A DNA stretch of 32,000 nt from Candidatus Cloacimonadota bacterium (GCA_963676515.1 OY781061.1:505520-537519), one strand, 5' to 3'; counted from the stretch's first letter, positions 8,545 through 17,445 are shown. The notes: generated by a model from the letters alone, not told the origin. Made by a program: numbers and translations.

Positions 8545-9954
8545 ATGAATTATTCCACACTCGCACAATGGTGCAACGAGCCTCTACCTCAGTTCCTGAA
8601 ATTCAAGTCGATGGAAAGAGCCGCAGACCAATACCGCATCTCGTTCACCAAGAGTTATCTTTTCTTGCAAATAAACCTCTCGGGAAAAGACAACTTCTGC
8701 TTTTTTACCCAAGACGATACGCTGGACTTCACGCCTGCTTTTTCGGGGGTTATGAGCCTTTTCCAGAACGCTGTCCTCTCGGAAATAAGCCCACTTGGCA
8801 ACGACAGAATTTTAAGCTTCTTATTCCACAAAAGGTCTATTTACGGCGAAAATCTCCTGCTAAAAATTGTAGTGGAACTTATCCCGGGCAAACTGAATAT
8901 TATCTTCTTGGAAGAGAACAAGATTTTGCAAGCCAAAAAGATTTACTCTTTTGCCGACAATCCAGAGCGGCAAATACTCTCTGGGCAAAAATACCTCTTG
9001 CCTGTAAACAAAAACAAGCAAGAAATTTGCTACCGCCCTTTGCCGTGGCACGATCAAGACTACAGCTTCGAATCTGTAAACGACTATCTGGAGCATTTTT
9101 TTTACAACCACATCCACCTGCAAAGATTAGCTATTATCAAAAATAGAGAAGAGAATCAGCGTAAGAAAAAAATAGAGAAAGCTGAAACAAAACTCGCTCA
9201 TCTCAGGGCGACTTGGCAAGATTACAGCAAGACAGAATATTGGAAGATGGCTGGCGAACTGCTAAAATCGGCTTATCACACGATCACGCCAGGATTACAA
9301 GAGATCTCAATAGTAAACTACTGCGACCCTAAGATGCCCAAAATTATTATAAAACTAAAAAAAGAGCTCTCTCCAAGGCAAAATGTCGATCTCTACTTCA
9401 AAAAATATAAGAAAGGGATCAACGGGAAAAAAATCATCGAAAGTCGCATCAAAATGACAGAAGCCGAAATACAGAATCTGAAAAATCAGCCAGACTACAG
9501 TCAAGAAAAAGCAGAATACACGCCCAAAGCAAAACCTAATGAAAAAAAATCTCTGAAGCAGATCAAGATAAACGAAATTTTAAAAATCGTAATCGGCAGA
9601 AACGACGCCGAGAACAACACCATTACCTGCAAACTAGCAGGAAAAACAGATTTATGGTTTCACACCAGAGCTATCAGAGGCTCTCATATCGTGATATTTA
9701 ACCCTTACAAAAAAGATGTTCCCCAAAAAATAATCGAAATTGCAGCGGGTCTGGCTGCCTACTATTCCAAAGCCAAACATTCGGGGAAAGTAGCCGTAGA
9801 CTACACTCACATCCGTTATGTGTGGAAGATAAGAAAGGGTCGTTTAGGACAAGTAAACTACAAAAATCAAAAAACTGTGTTTACCAAACCAAGATCGATG
9901 CGGGAAGTAAAAAAAGAGTTAAACGAATTTATAAAAGATACTAGCAAAGGCTAG
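8545..9954 (+). CDS. NFACT-family protein with a DUF814 (NFACT-R) domain, RqcH/FbpA-like
   Basis: The C-terminal segment IVIGRNDAENNTITCKLAGKTDLWFHTRAIRGSHIVIFN is the DUF814 signature. A central coiled coil is present (REENQRKKKIEKAETKLAHL). The start is uncertain; I prefer MNYSTLAQW at 8545 over 8479, which would overlap the putative terminator. Confidence 0.7.
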   Translation: MNYSTLAQWCNEPLPQFLKFKSMERAADQYRISFTKSYLFLQINLSGKDNFCFFTQDDTLDFTPAFSGVMSLFQNAVLSEISPLGNDRILSFLFHKRSIYGENLLLKIVVELIPGKLNIIFLEENKILQAKKIYSFADNPERQILSGQKYLLPVNKNKQEICYRPLPWHDQDYSFESVNDYLEHFFYNHIHLQRLAIIKNREENQRKKKIEKAETKLAHLRATWQDYSKTEYWKMAGELLKSAYHTITPGLQEISIVNYCDPKMPKIIIKLKKELSPRQNVDLYFKKYKKGINGKKIIESRIKMTEAEIQNLKNQPDYSQEKAEYTPKAKPNEKKSLKQIKINEILKIVIGRNDAENNTITCKLAGKTDLWFHTRAIRGSHIVIFNPYKKDVPQKIIEIAAGLAAYYSKAKHSGKVAVDYTHIRYVWKIRKGRLGQVNYKNQKTVFTKPRSMREVKKELNEFIKDTSKG

Positions 9955-10604
9955 TGAATCTCGATAACTATCCGCCTATTAAGGTCACGATTGGACTGAA
10001 TAGGTCTGCCGCTAGAGTCTTTATTGGGAGCTAAAGGCTTAATATAAGCGTACCCAGAAGCTTTCATCTTATCCGGCGATATTCCCTCGATGATAAAGTA
10101 ACGGACAATATTTGAGGCTCTACCCACAGACAACTCCCAGTTAGAAGGAAAGCGTCTCGTGTTTATCGGCACATCGTCTGTATGCCCCTCGATATCTATA
10201 TTAGGGTCGTAGTAATTAATTGCCTGAATGGAATTAGCTATCTTTTCTAAAATCCCAATATTCTTTTTGATAATAGTGGCTTCTCCCGAACGATAAAGAG
10301 CGTCTGACAAGATGTTTATCGCAATAGATGAACGATTAAGTCGTACAGAAACTATTCCCGCCATCCTTTCCTCTAGAAGCATAGAATCCAAATCTGTTTT
10401 CATCCGCGATAAAGGTGTAGAAAAATCATCTTCGTTAGCTTCTATCTCAGCACGATAACCTTCTTTGAACTCCTGCCACATACCAGAGTTCGTAGTAGAC
10501 ATAGAAACCAACAAAACAAAAAAACAAAGAAGAAGAGTAACCAAATCAGAGTAAGTAGTCAGCCAAGACTCATCAATAAGAGTCTTTTTTCTTTCGAACT
10601 TCAT
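9951..10604 (-). CDS. MotB/OmpA-family stator subunit (peptidoglycan-anchored)
   Basis: 217 aa. The N-terminal TM segment WLTTYSDLVTLLLCFFVLLV carries the conserved channel Asp. The C-terminal OmpA-like domain reads IEGHTDDVPI...FPSNWELSVGRASNIVRYF...NRRIVIEI. Confidence 0.85.
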   Translation of the reverse strand: MKFERKKTLIDESWLTTYSDLVTLLLCFFVLLVSMSTTNSGMWQEFKEGYRAEIEANEDDFSTPLSRMKTDLDSMLLEERMAGIVSVRLNRSSIAINILSDALYRSGEATIIKKNIGILEKIANSIQAINYYDPNIDIEGHTDDVPINTRRFPSNWELSVGRASNIVRYFIIEGISPDKMKASGYAYIKPLAPNKDSSGRPIQSNRDLNRRIVIEIH

Positions 10605-10632
10605 TTAATAACTCTCTTGCCACACTTGACAA

Positions 10633-11433
10633 TCAAAAATCGTCACCAACATTCATAGCATTTTCTCCATTATCCTCTTTGTCCACTAGCGAACGCAAAA
10701 AATCTTCCACATAAAAAGAAGATTTTTCTTGTATAATAAGGATAACACCTTCCAAAATAAGGTTTTTACGAAACATAACAGACATAGCTATATCTACAGA
10801 TTTATTCGCTCCTGGAATAAAAAAAACTCTAGCTAAAATAAGTCCATAAAAAGTGGTAATCAGAGCCACCGCCATCGCAGGACCAATCTTGGATGGATCG
10901 TCTAATTGACTAAGCAAGATAACCAAACCTATCAAAGTACCCAACATACCAAAAGCTGGCGAAGAACCACCTAAACTTTTCAAAATCTCAGAAGTTTCTT
11001 CTGCGTTTTGATTCTCTCTGGATATTTCGTTCTGGATAAACTCTTTGGACTCTTCCAGAGAGTATCCTGTGGACAAAATAGAAAAAACATATTTATCAAA
11101 AGGGTCGGTAACTTCGGAATATATCTCATCATAAGCTTTCTTGCCACCACTTTGCACTCTTTCTGCCCAATCTTTGATACGACTAATTTCCTGAGTATAA
11201 CTTTTACTATCCATAGGGTACTTAAACATTACCCTGAAAGCAGCGAGAATTGCTTTGCTTGTCCTTACTACTCCACGACCTACAAATTCACTAATGAGCG
11301 TACCACCTACCACGATCAAAATACTGGGGTAGTTGATAAACACTTGCCAATTTGAGGTAGCACTCAATATAGATATTGCAATTACAACCCAAACGAGAAT
11401 AAAAGAGATAAAAGAACTTACAGAACCTATCAT
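10633..11433 (-). CDS. MotA/TolQ/ExbB-family proton-channel subunit (MotA/PomA-like size)
   Basis: 266 aa. It has two N-terminal TM helices, a cytoplasmic loop of about 100 aa, then SPAFGMLGTLIGLV and AVALITTFYGLILARVFFIPGANK. The two prolines are characteristic of MotA. Confidence 0.85.
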   Translation of the reverse strand: MIGSVSSFISFILVWVVIAISILSATSNWQVFINYPSILIVVGGTLISEFVGRGVVRTSKAILAAFRVMFKYPMDSKSYTQEISRIKDWAERVQSGGKKAYDEIYSEVTDPFDKYVFSILSTGYSLEESKEFIQNEISRENQNAEETSEILKSLGGSSPAFGMLGTLIGLVILLSQLDDPSKIGPAMAVALITTFYGLILARVFFIPGANKSVDIAMSVMFRKNLILEGVILIIQEKSSFYVEDFLRSLVDKEDNGENAMNVGDDF

Positions 11434-11436
11434 AAA

Positions 11437-12093
11437 TTAGTACCCTATTTTATTTAACATTTGCCTCACACCTTGGATACTATTATTTAAACGCAAAGAG
11501 TTTGTCCAATTTTTACGAGCCAATGATAAATTACCCAACATATAATAAACACTTCCTTTCAAAGCATAAGCTCTTGCGGTAGGTTTTTGATTTATAGAAC
11601 TGTTAACTTGCTGCAAAGCTTTTTCATAACTACCTGCATAAAAGCTATTTTGAGCTTGTACCAAAAAATCACTTTCTGAAGGACTTGAGCTTGCATTTTC
11701 ATCTTGAGAAGAAGGCGTTTCAACGCTAGCATAATCGTCTAGAGATTCACCTGTAGATCCAGATTTTGAAACATCTATCTGAACATTGTTATCTCTAGGG
11801 TCAAGGCTCAAAATCACTTCTGAAGATTTGTTTCGATACTTGATCAGAATCTCATTTTTTTGAGGACGAAGAGTGTTCTGTTGGATAATCGTAGTGCTTT
11901 GCTCTGTATCCTGATCCACTACTCCTACTCCCCTATCTATACTTTTACCTGCTACTGTTCCAGAAGAGCTAACCATAGCCTCTCTTTCCGAAACTGTACT
12001 TTCCTCTACTCCCCTTTTAAGAACATACTTATTCCAAAGGGAACATCCAGAAAACAAGAAAAGACTAGAAATTATAACTAAAATTAATCTCAT
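11437..12093 (-). CDS. TPR-containing lipoprotein
   Basis: Lipobox LFLFSGC, a low-complexity Ser/Glu/Asp-rich linker, and a C-terminal TPR-like segment YEKALQQVNSSINQKPTARAYALKGSVYYMLGNLSLARKNWTNSLRLN. It sits 3 nt upstream of motA. Confidence 0.6.
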   Translation of the reverse strand: MRLILVIISSLFLFSGCSLWNKYVLKRGVEESTVSEREAMVSSSGTVAGKSIDRGVGVVDQDTEQSTTIIQQNTLRPQKNEILIKYRNKSSEVILSLDPRDNNVQIDVSKSGSTGESLDDYASVETPSSQDENASSSPSESDFLVQAQNSFYAGSYEKALQQVNSSINQKPTARAYALKGSVYYMLGNLSLARKNWTNSLRLNNSIQGVRQMLNKIGY

Positions 12094-13216
12094 ACTTCAG
12101 CGCCCCAAACTCAATATAACTACTTTCATTTTGTTTCAATGTCCTACCAAACGGTATAACTCCCAGACCAAGACCTACTTCTATATCTTCGGTAAGATCG
12201 GATGTAGCACCAATCATGGTGGTCAAGAAGCTCCCAGAATAATTAATAGGAACAAAAAACTCACCTTTCATATATGGCTTAAGCCAATAATTGTCTTTTA
12301 AAGATTTAAGCTGACTTTCTTTTTTATAATATTTCGTCATCACTCCACCACCTGCGTAACCCAAGAAGGCTGTCGGTAAAGTGGAAAAACCCTCAATATT
12401 GTTTTCCAATGTCAGCTGGCAATTCACGATAGACAAGCCTGCCGAGAGAGTCATCATAACCTCTGCAAAAGAGAAGTTAGATTTTTGCTTACGCACAGCT
12501 CCTAGACGATAATCGATCATCCTTGCAGAGTTGCTACTACTTCCCCCATAATTACTGTCAAAGATAGACACTCCGTCTCTTTTGTAGTCGTTGACTGTAA
12601 AGAAGCCAACATTAAAATCAAGAGCGTACTGCTTTGGAATATCTATATCACGGTCGTTGTTAGGTCCTTCGATATAAGCTTTCGACCAAATAATCTCTCC
12701 TGTTTTGTTGCTTACCATCTTTAAGGAGAGCAAAACATCTCCGTAGGCACTACGAGTGCAATTCCCCTCGATGAAAGCGTCTATGTTGTACTTCTCTCCC
12801 ATATGTCGGAGCTCATCAAAAGATCTGGCAGAATTAACATAACTAAAAGAGGTATCGGTAATTTTTACTCTGGCGAGATTGAACTCTGGCACTACCACCA
12901 AATCTATCGCCTCGTTGTTTAAAAGGACTTGCTCTAGTTTCGACTTCACAAAACGCACCATCCCGATAGAAATAGCGTCCCGATCAGCTTTGACACGATA
13001 GACTGCAACCCTCTTGACCCCTAAAGGGAAATTGAGGACAGACTCCTGCACTCTGAGCATAATGCGAGAGATATTGCGAACTTCCGATCTGTCACTACGA
13101 GGATAAGAGCCCACAGCACTCATGTTCGAAAATTGATTATACTCAAACTGAGCAAAAAGAGAAGAAAAACAAACAGTTAAAACAAAAACAAATAAAACTT
13201 TCTTAATACTCTTCAT
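12065..13216 (-). CDS. Putative outer-membrane protein: periplasmic N-domain plus beta-barrel-like C-half
   Basis: Signal peptide MKSIKKVLFVFVLTVCFSSLFAQ (start moved to 13216, 10 nt after the upstream stop). The C-terminal half has an alternating pattern and ends ...EINFSYNF. The N-domain pattern (RVAVYRV..., IDAFIEGNCTR...DVLLSLKMVSNKTGEIIWS) recalls CsgG/LpoB/TolB-N-type periplasmic scaffold domains, but this is recollection only. Confidence 0.5.
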   Translation of the reverse strand: MKSIKKVLFVFVLTVCFSSLFAQFEYNQFSNMSAVGSYPRSDRSEVRNISRIMLRVQESVLNFPLGVKRVAVYRVKADRDAISIGMVRFVKSKLEQVLLNNEAIDLVVVPEFNLARVKITDTSFSYVNSARSFDELRHMGEKYNIDAFIEGNCTRSAYGDVLLSLKMVSNKTGEIIWSKAYIEGPNNDRDIDIPKQYALDFNVGFFTVNDYKRDGVSIFDSNYGGSSSNSARMIDYRLGAVRKQKSNFSFAEVMMTLSAGLSIVNCQLTLENNIEGFSTLPTAFLGYAGGGVMTKYYKKESQLKSLKDNYWLKPYMKGEFFVPINYSGSFLTTMIGATSDLTEDIEVGLGLGVIPFGRTLKQNESSYIEFGALKYEINFSYNF

Positions 13217-15182
13217 TTGCTGCTCTACCTTCACTTTGGTTTCCACCAATATTACGCCCGCCAGCTTCTCTAATCTCTTTTCTGATTACGGACATCATTT
13301 TTCTTCTGGATCTCTCTATATCATCTGCTTTTAATTTGTTTTCATTTATTCTCAGTTCTGACCTAATAATCTCTCTCATCCGCTCGGGAACATTAGACAA
13401 AATAGAGTTAATCCTCACCTCGTCTACTCCAACCAACGCTGCAGACAATAATTCTCTGTCCATTTTTTGGATAGCTCTGACCATAATATCTTCTTCCAAG
13501 TTGCCTAGGTCATCAAAAGCTATAAAGTATTTCAAGACTTTCTCTGCTGTCTCCACATCCGCTTTCGTGATGTCGTCGATAAACTCTTTTTGCTGAGATG
13601 TAGTGAGAGTATCCAATATCTCCAGCATCTTGCCAGCACCATCGGAAGAAACATACTCCATTCCTCGCATCTTGAGTGCCTCTTTTGCCAAACGACTAGA
13701 GACCTCTTTATACACAGAAGTCGGGATTTTGCCCAGTTTGCCCATATTTCCCATCACCGCAGACCGCTGCTCCAATGGATAAGACGCCAGTAGTTCCGAA
13801 GCTTTCTCTGCAGACACTTGAGTAATGACCAGTGCTTGCACGCCCTCAGGTTCGCCTTTGAGAGCTTGTCTTATCTGTTCTACGGACATTGCGTTCAAGA
13901 AACCAAACATCCCTGTGTCGTCCTTGCCATCGTCAGTGACGGTCAAAGAACTCCAAGCATTTTTAAAATTTTGCAACGCTTCCAACTTAGTTTTCGTGTC
14001 CAAATCTTCCATATTGCGAATATTCCAAGAAAGCAACTTGAAATCGTCGTGCGAAACTTTACCTTCCAAAAGGTCAAGCAAATTTTCATCTATAGCTTTG
14101 ATTAGCTTGGTAGCTTTATCTATACCTTCGTCTCCACCACTATCTACCCAACCTTGCAAGACAATGCCCACATTTTTCGCTTCTGCCAAAAATTTATTAA
14201 TCGCAAAAGAACGAAGTTTTTTGTATTCTGCAATCTCCATTTTTTCGGGCTCAGAAGTTCGATTGACTTTCCGAAGCTCCCGCATCTCTTGCATCAAACT
14301 ATCAAACTGCTCATCATATCGAGGGAAGTTTACTTTCGGTTGTACCATATTGGAGTCTTGCACTCCAGAGTTCTTTTTGGATATGAAGAAAAAAGCTACC
14401 AAAAATCCAATTAGCAACAACAAGCCTATCAATCCTGCGATTAAATAAGTTAAGAAGTCTGAGTTATCTTCGTCTGGAAGAGGCTCGTCTTGGACTTGCT
14501 CATCCTCCATCTCTTTTCTTCTTTTTTCTTCTTCTGCTAACCTAGCAGCCTCTTCTTCGGCTTTTTTAGCCTCTTCTATCATTTTTTGCTTTTGATTAGT
14601 AAACTTCACCAAAGTCACATTGACAATGTCGCCTCGGTAAATATCTATCCCAGCCTTCATCTTTACCAGTTCATCTATAAAAGAGACATCTTCTGGCGTA
14701 TAAGCAGATGCGTCCAACATTACATTTACAACTAGGTTGTCTATCTCATAGTCCGATGCTCCGCCCATGCCTGTAGGCACCCGACTCTCTGTAATGCTAG
14801 TCTGACTAGGCATCGAGATATCTCCTAGTCCTTCTAGATCGTCCACAAACTCGTTGACGAATCTTCCCTCGGTACCAGGCATTACCAAATTCCCAAGACC
14901 GATACCAGAACTTACAGCTTGTGATGTTTGCAACATCCCCATACCCAAACCCATACCTTGCCTAGCTTTCAGGTTGACAGCAATATCAACCTCGTAAGTC
15001 TCTTTTTCGCAATAAGATGCCAAAGTGGATGAAAGTCTTATTTCATAAGCTCTAGATATCTTGTCCGCGTACATTATGACGCTGAGAGGCTCACTACTCC
15101 CCTGCTCAAAAGAGTACTGAGCTTGTAATAGACTAAAAGCCCAAAAAACAAGTAAAAATAATCTAAATTTTCTTGTTTGCAT
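13203..15182 (-). CDS. Membrane protein fusing a FliF-like periplasmic ring-building motif, one TM helix and FliG middle + C-terminal domains
   Basis: 659 aa.
- Residues 1-21 form a signal/anchor.
- Residues 145-194 (YEIDNLVVNVMLDASAYTPEDVSFIDELVKMKAGIDIYRGDIVNVTLVKF) parallel the FliF C-terminal periplasmic signature (...LSVAVVVN...IEDL...G....RGD.L.V....F).
- An EK-rich coil follows, then a TM helix at 243-267.
- Residues 425-500 resemble FliG_M (IRQALKGEPEGVQALVITQVSAEKASELL).
- Residues 520-640 resemble FliG_C (KYFIAFDDL; NVPERMREIIRSELR aligns with the torque helix MSQRAADILRDDL). Confidence 0.7.
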   Translation of the reverse strand: MQTRKFRLFLLVFWAFSLLQAQYSFEQGSSEPLSVIMYADKISRAYEIRLSSTLASYCEKETYEVDIAVNLKARQGMGLGMGMLQTSQAVSSGIGLGNLVMPGTEGRFVNEFVDDLEGLGDISMPSQTSITESRVPTGMGGASDYEIDNLVVNVMLDASAYTPEDVSFIDELVKMKAGIDIYRGDIVNVTLVKFTNQKQKMIEEAKKAEEEAARLAEEEKRRKEMEDEQVQDEPLPDEDNSDFLTYLIAGLIGLLLLIGFLVAFFFISKKNSGVQDSNMVQPKVNFPRYDEQFDSLMQEMRELRKVNRTSEPEKMEIAEYKKLRSFAINKFLAEAKNVGIVLQGWVDSGGDEGIDKATKLIKAIDENLLDLLEGKVSHDDFKLLSWNIRNMEDLDTKTKLEALQNFKNAWSSLTVTDDGKDDTGMFGFLNAMSVEQIRQALKGEPEGVQALVITQVSAEKASELLASYPLEQRSAVMGNMGKLGKIPTSVYKEVSSRLAKEALKMRGMEYVSSDGAGKMLEILDTLTTSQQKEFIDDITKADVETAEKVLKYFIAFDDLGNLEEDIMVRAIQKMDRELLSAALVGVDEVRINSILSNVPERMREIIRSELRINENKLKADDIERSRRKMMSVIRKEIREAGGRNIGGNQSEGRAANEEY

Positions 15183-15457
15183 TTTTATTCCCGATATTAA
15201 ACAATGTGATACCTTTTTTTACTTCTTATCATCAAACGGAATTATAAATAGTATATGTGTCAAACCTTTTTTTCCTTTTTAAGATTTTCTTGCCCCTCTT
15301 TGTGTACTTAAATTCATACAAGCCTGTGTCTTAATTTCATTTTTTATTTTTTTTAAAATTTTATAAATTTTTATACTTTATTGCATAATTACAAGTTAAG
15401 TGCTTTTGCCTTTGGTTTAATTCTTGACTTATATCTGTTCTTTTTTAGAAACGGACT

Positions 15458-16447
15458 ATGAAAAAAAAATTACTTTTTTTACTCTTTTTTTGTTCTCTTT
15501 TTTTGATTTTTGTTTATAAACAACATTTGTCTTCAAAAAAAATCAGCAAAACAAGAATTGCTTTAGGAACTTTTATCGAGATCAGTCTGGAAGGAAATCC
15601 AAAGAGGATAGATAAATACATCGACACTTGCTTTGAGATTATCGAAGATTTACAACACAAACTGGGCTACCAAAATCCCAAAAGCGATCTAAGCTTTATA
15701 AATGGTTGCCAAAAAGCTCCTATCACTCCAGAGATTTTTTCTCTTTTAGATTTTTGCCAAGAGTTTTATCTTCTTTCAGAAAAAAGATTTGACCCAACCG
15801 TCGGAGCACTAATAGATCTTTGGGATTTTACTAAAAAAAGAGTGCCTACTCCTGCTAAGATAAAGCAAGCACAAAAAATTTGCGGGTTAGAAAAAGTCAA
15901 ATACGACACCCTTATGCTCATTAAACCTAAAAACCTGAAAATTCACCTGGGAGGAGTCGCCAAAGGGTTTATAATGCAAAAAGTTTGCGACTATCTACAA
16001 GAAAAGAAAATCAAAAGTGGATACATAAATGCTGGAGGAGATATTTCTATTTTTGGGAACGAATACAAGCAAATAGGAATTGCTCATCCTAGGCAAAAAG
16101 AAAAACTTATCGATACTATCCAAATAAAGACAGGTGCGGTAGTAACCTCGGGAGATTACGAGAGGTTTTTTGTAAAAAACGGTAAAAGGTATCATCACAT
16201 CATCGATCCTATCAGCGGATACCCCAGCGAAAACTGCGTCAGCGTTACGGTGGTGGATTCTAGCATCCTCAGAGCCGATGCCCTGGCTACCGCCTATTTC
16301 TTGATGCCCGTGGAAGAAGCTATCCTTATGGCTAATCGACGCAATCGACGCAAGAGTGCCGTTTTGATCTACTACCTAGACCACGAAGGAGCGTTGCAAA
16401 GCAGAGAGTCTTGCGAATTTGCTCAGTACAGGATGAAAAAAAGATGA
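15458..16447 (+). CDS. apbE: FAD:protein FMN transferase ApbE family
   Basis: 329 aa with a signal/anchor. Motifs RFDPTVGALIDLW, LGGVAKGF, INAGGDI and SGDYERFF..GKRYHHIIDPISGYP are typical ApbE signatures. Confidence 0.85.
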   Translation: MKKKLLFLLFFCSLFLIFVYKQHLSSKKISKTRIALGTFIEISLEGNPKRIDKYIDTCFEIIEDLQHKLGYQNPKSDLSFINGCQKAPITPEIFSLLDFCQEFYLLSEKRFDPTVGALIDLWDFTKKRVPTPAKIKQAQKICGLEKVKYDTLMLIKPKNLKIHLGGVAKGFIMQKVCDYLQEKKIKSGYINAGGDISIFGNEYKQIGIAHPRQKEKLIDTIQIKTGAVVTSGDYERFFVKNGKRYHHIIDPISGYPSENCVSVTVVDSSILRADALATAYFLMPVEEAILMANRRNRRKSAVLIYYLDHEGALQSRESCEFAQYRMKKR

Positions 16448-17445
16448 TAGATTTTAGCATCATCGTGCCTACCTACAATAGGTTAGAAGAGATAAAAGAG
16501 TTTTTGGATTTTGCAGACAAACTACATTACGAAAAAAAGAACTTTGAACTAATCATAGTCGATGACGGCTCACAAGACAACACGGTCGAATTTTTGCAAG
16601 AAGCAATAAATAAATTCCCCCGATTGAACATGCAATATTACAAACAAAAAAACCAAGGACCTGCTAAAGCCAGAAACAAGGGAGCTTCTCTTGCCAAAGG
16701 TAAATATCTTTTATTTGTAGATTCCGATTGCCTTTTGCCTGCAGAGTGGCTAAACGAAATTAAAAAAAAGTTAGACAAGCAAGAAGTACTATTTTTTGGT
16801 GGTCCAGATAGGGAACATATAAAATTCAGCAATATGCAAAAAGCGATTAGCTACGCAATGACGGGATTTTGGACGACTGGTGGCATTAGAGGCAAGAGGA
16901 AAAAGAACTTTCAACCACGAAGTTTTAATATGGGAATAGAGAATAAAGCTTTCCAAAATGTGACTGGATTTAATGATTTACGATTTGGAGAAGATATAGA
17001 CATTGGCATTAGGTTGAATGAAAAAGGCTACCAAAGTCACCTTTTCCCCGAGGCTTGGGTTTATCACAAGAGACGCTCAAATCTTAGACAATTTTTCAGA
17101 CAAGTGCTTAACTCTGGATCAGCTAGGGTAAACTTGGGAACTTTGCACTCAGGAAGTACGAAAGTTATCCACCTTTTGCCAGCTATTTTCACCTTAGGAT
17201 TTTTCGGTTTATTGGTTAGCAGTATTTTTTATCCCTACTTTTTGCTTCCACTTTTGGGATATACTTTGCTTCTTTATTTTGGAGCGATGTTTAAATACAA
17301 GAAGTTTTTTTTGCCTTTCCTGTGTGTAGTAGCTGGCTATACCCAACTGCTGGGTTATGGTTGCGGATATTTACTCGGTAGCATCAGAAAGGCTTTTACG
17401 GGCAAGAGTCGATACGATATTAAAGTGGAGAAATTTTATGATTGA
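16444..17445 (+). CDS. Family 2 glycosyltransferase with a C-terminal membrane domain
   Basis: IIVPTYNR...LIIVDDGSQD...FVDSDC is the GT2 DXD-type core, and 3-4 TM helices lie at the C-terminus. The start is set at 16444 (ATGA overlap with the apbE stop). Confidence 0.8.
   Translation: MIDFSIIVPTYNRLEEIKEFLDFADKLHYEKKNFELIIVDDGSQDNTVEFLQEAINKFPRLNMQYYKQKNQGPAKARNKGASLAKGKYLLFVDSDCLLPAEWLNEIKKKLDKQEVLFFGGPDREHIKFSNMQKAISYAMTGFWTTGGIRGKRKKNFQPRSFNMGIENKAFQNVTGFNDLRFGEDIDIGIRLNEKGYQSHLFPEAWVYHKRRSNLRQFFRQVLNSGSARVNLGTLHSGSTKVIHLLPAIFTLGFFGLLVSSIFYPYFLLPLLGYTLLLYFGAMFKYKKFFLPFLCVVAGYTQLLGYGCGYLLGSIRKAFTGKSRYDIKVEKFYD

Noticed and set aside
9951-11433. MotA/MotB pair as a Zorya (ZorAB) anti-phage system, or as TolQR/ExbBD
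   Set aside because: The MotA homolog is 266 aa, without the long ZorA C-terminal tail. No ZorC/D-like, TolA/TonB or Pal genes are adjacent. The partner gene in the operon is FliG-like instead.
15183-15457. Specific sigma28 or sigma54 promoter for the motor-like operon
   Set aside because: I found only a TTGACA hexamer (15263-15258, minus strand), with a TATAAT at an implausible 11 nt spacing. No convincing TAAA-N15-GCCGATAA or TGGCAC-N5-TTGC match is present, so I make no promoter call.
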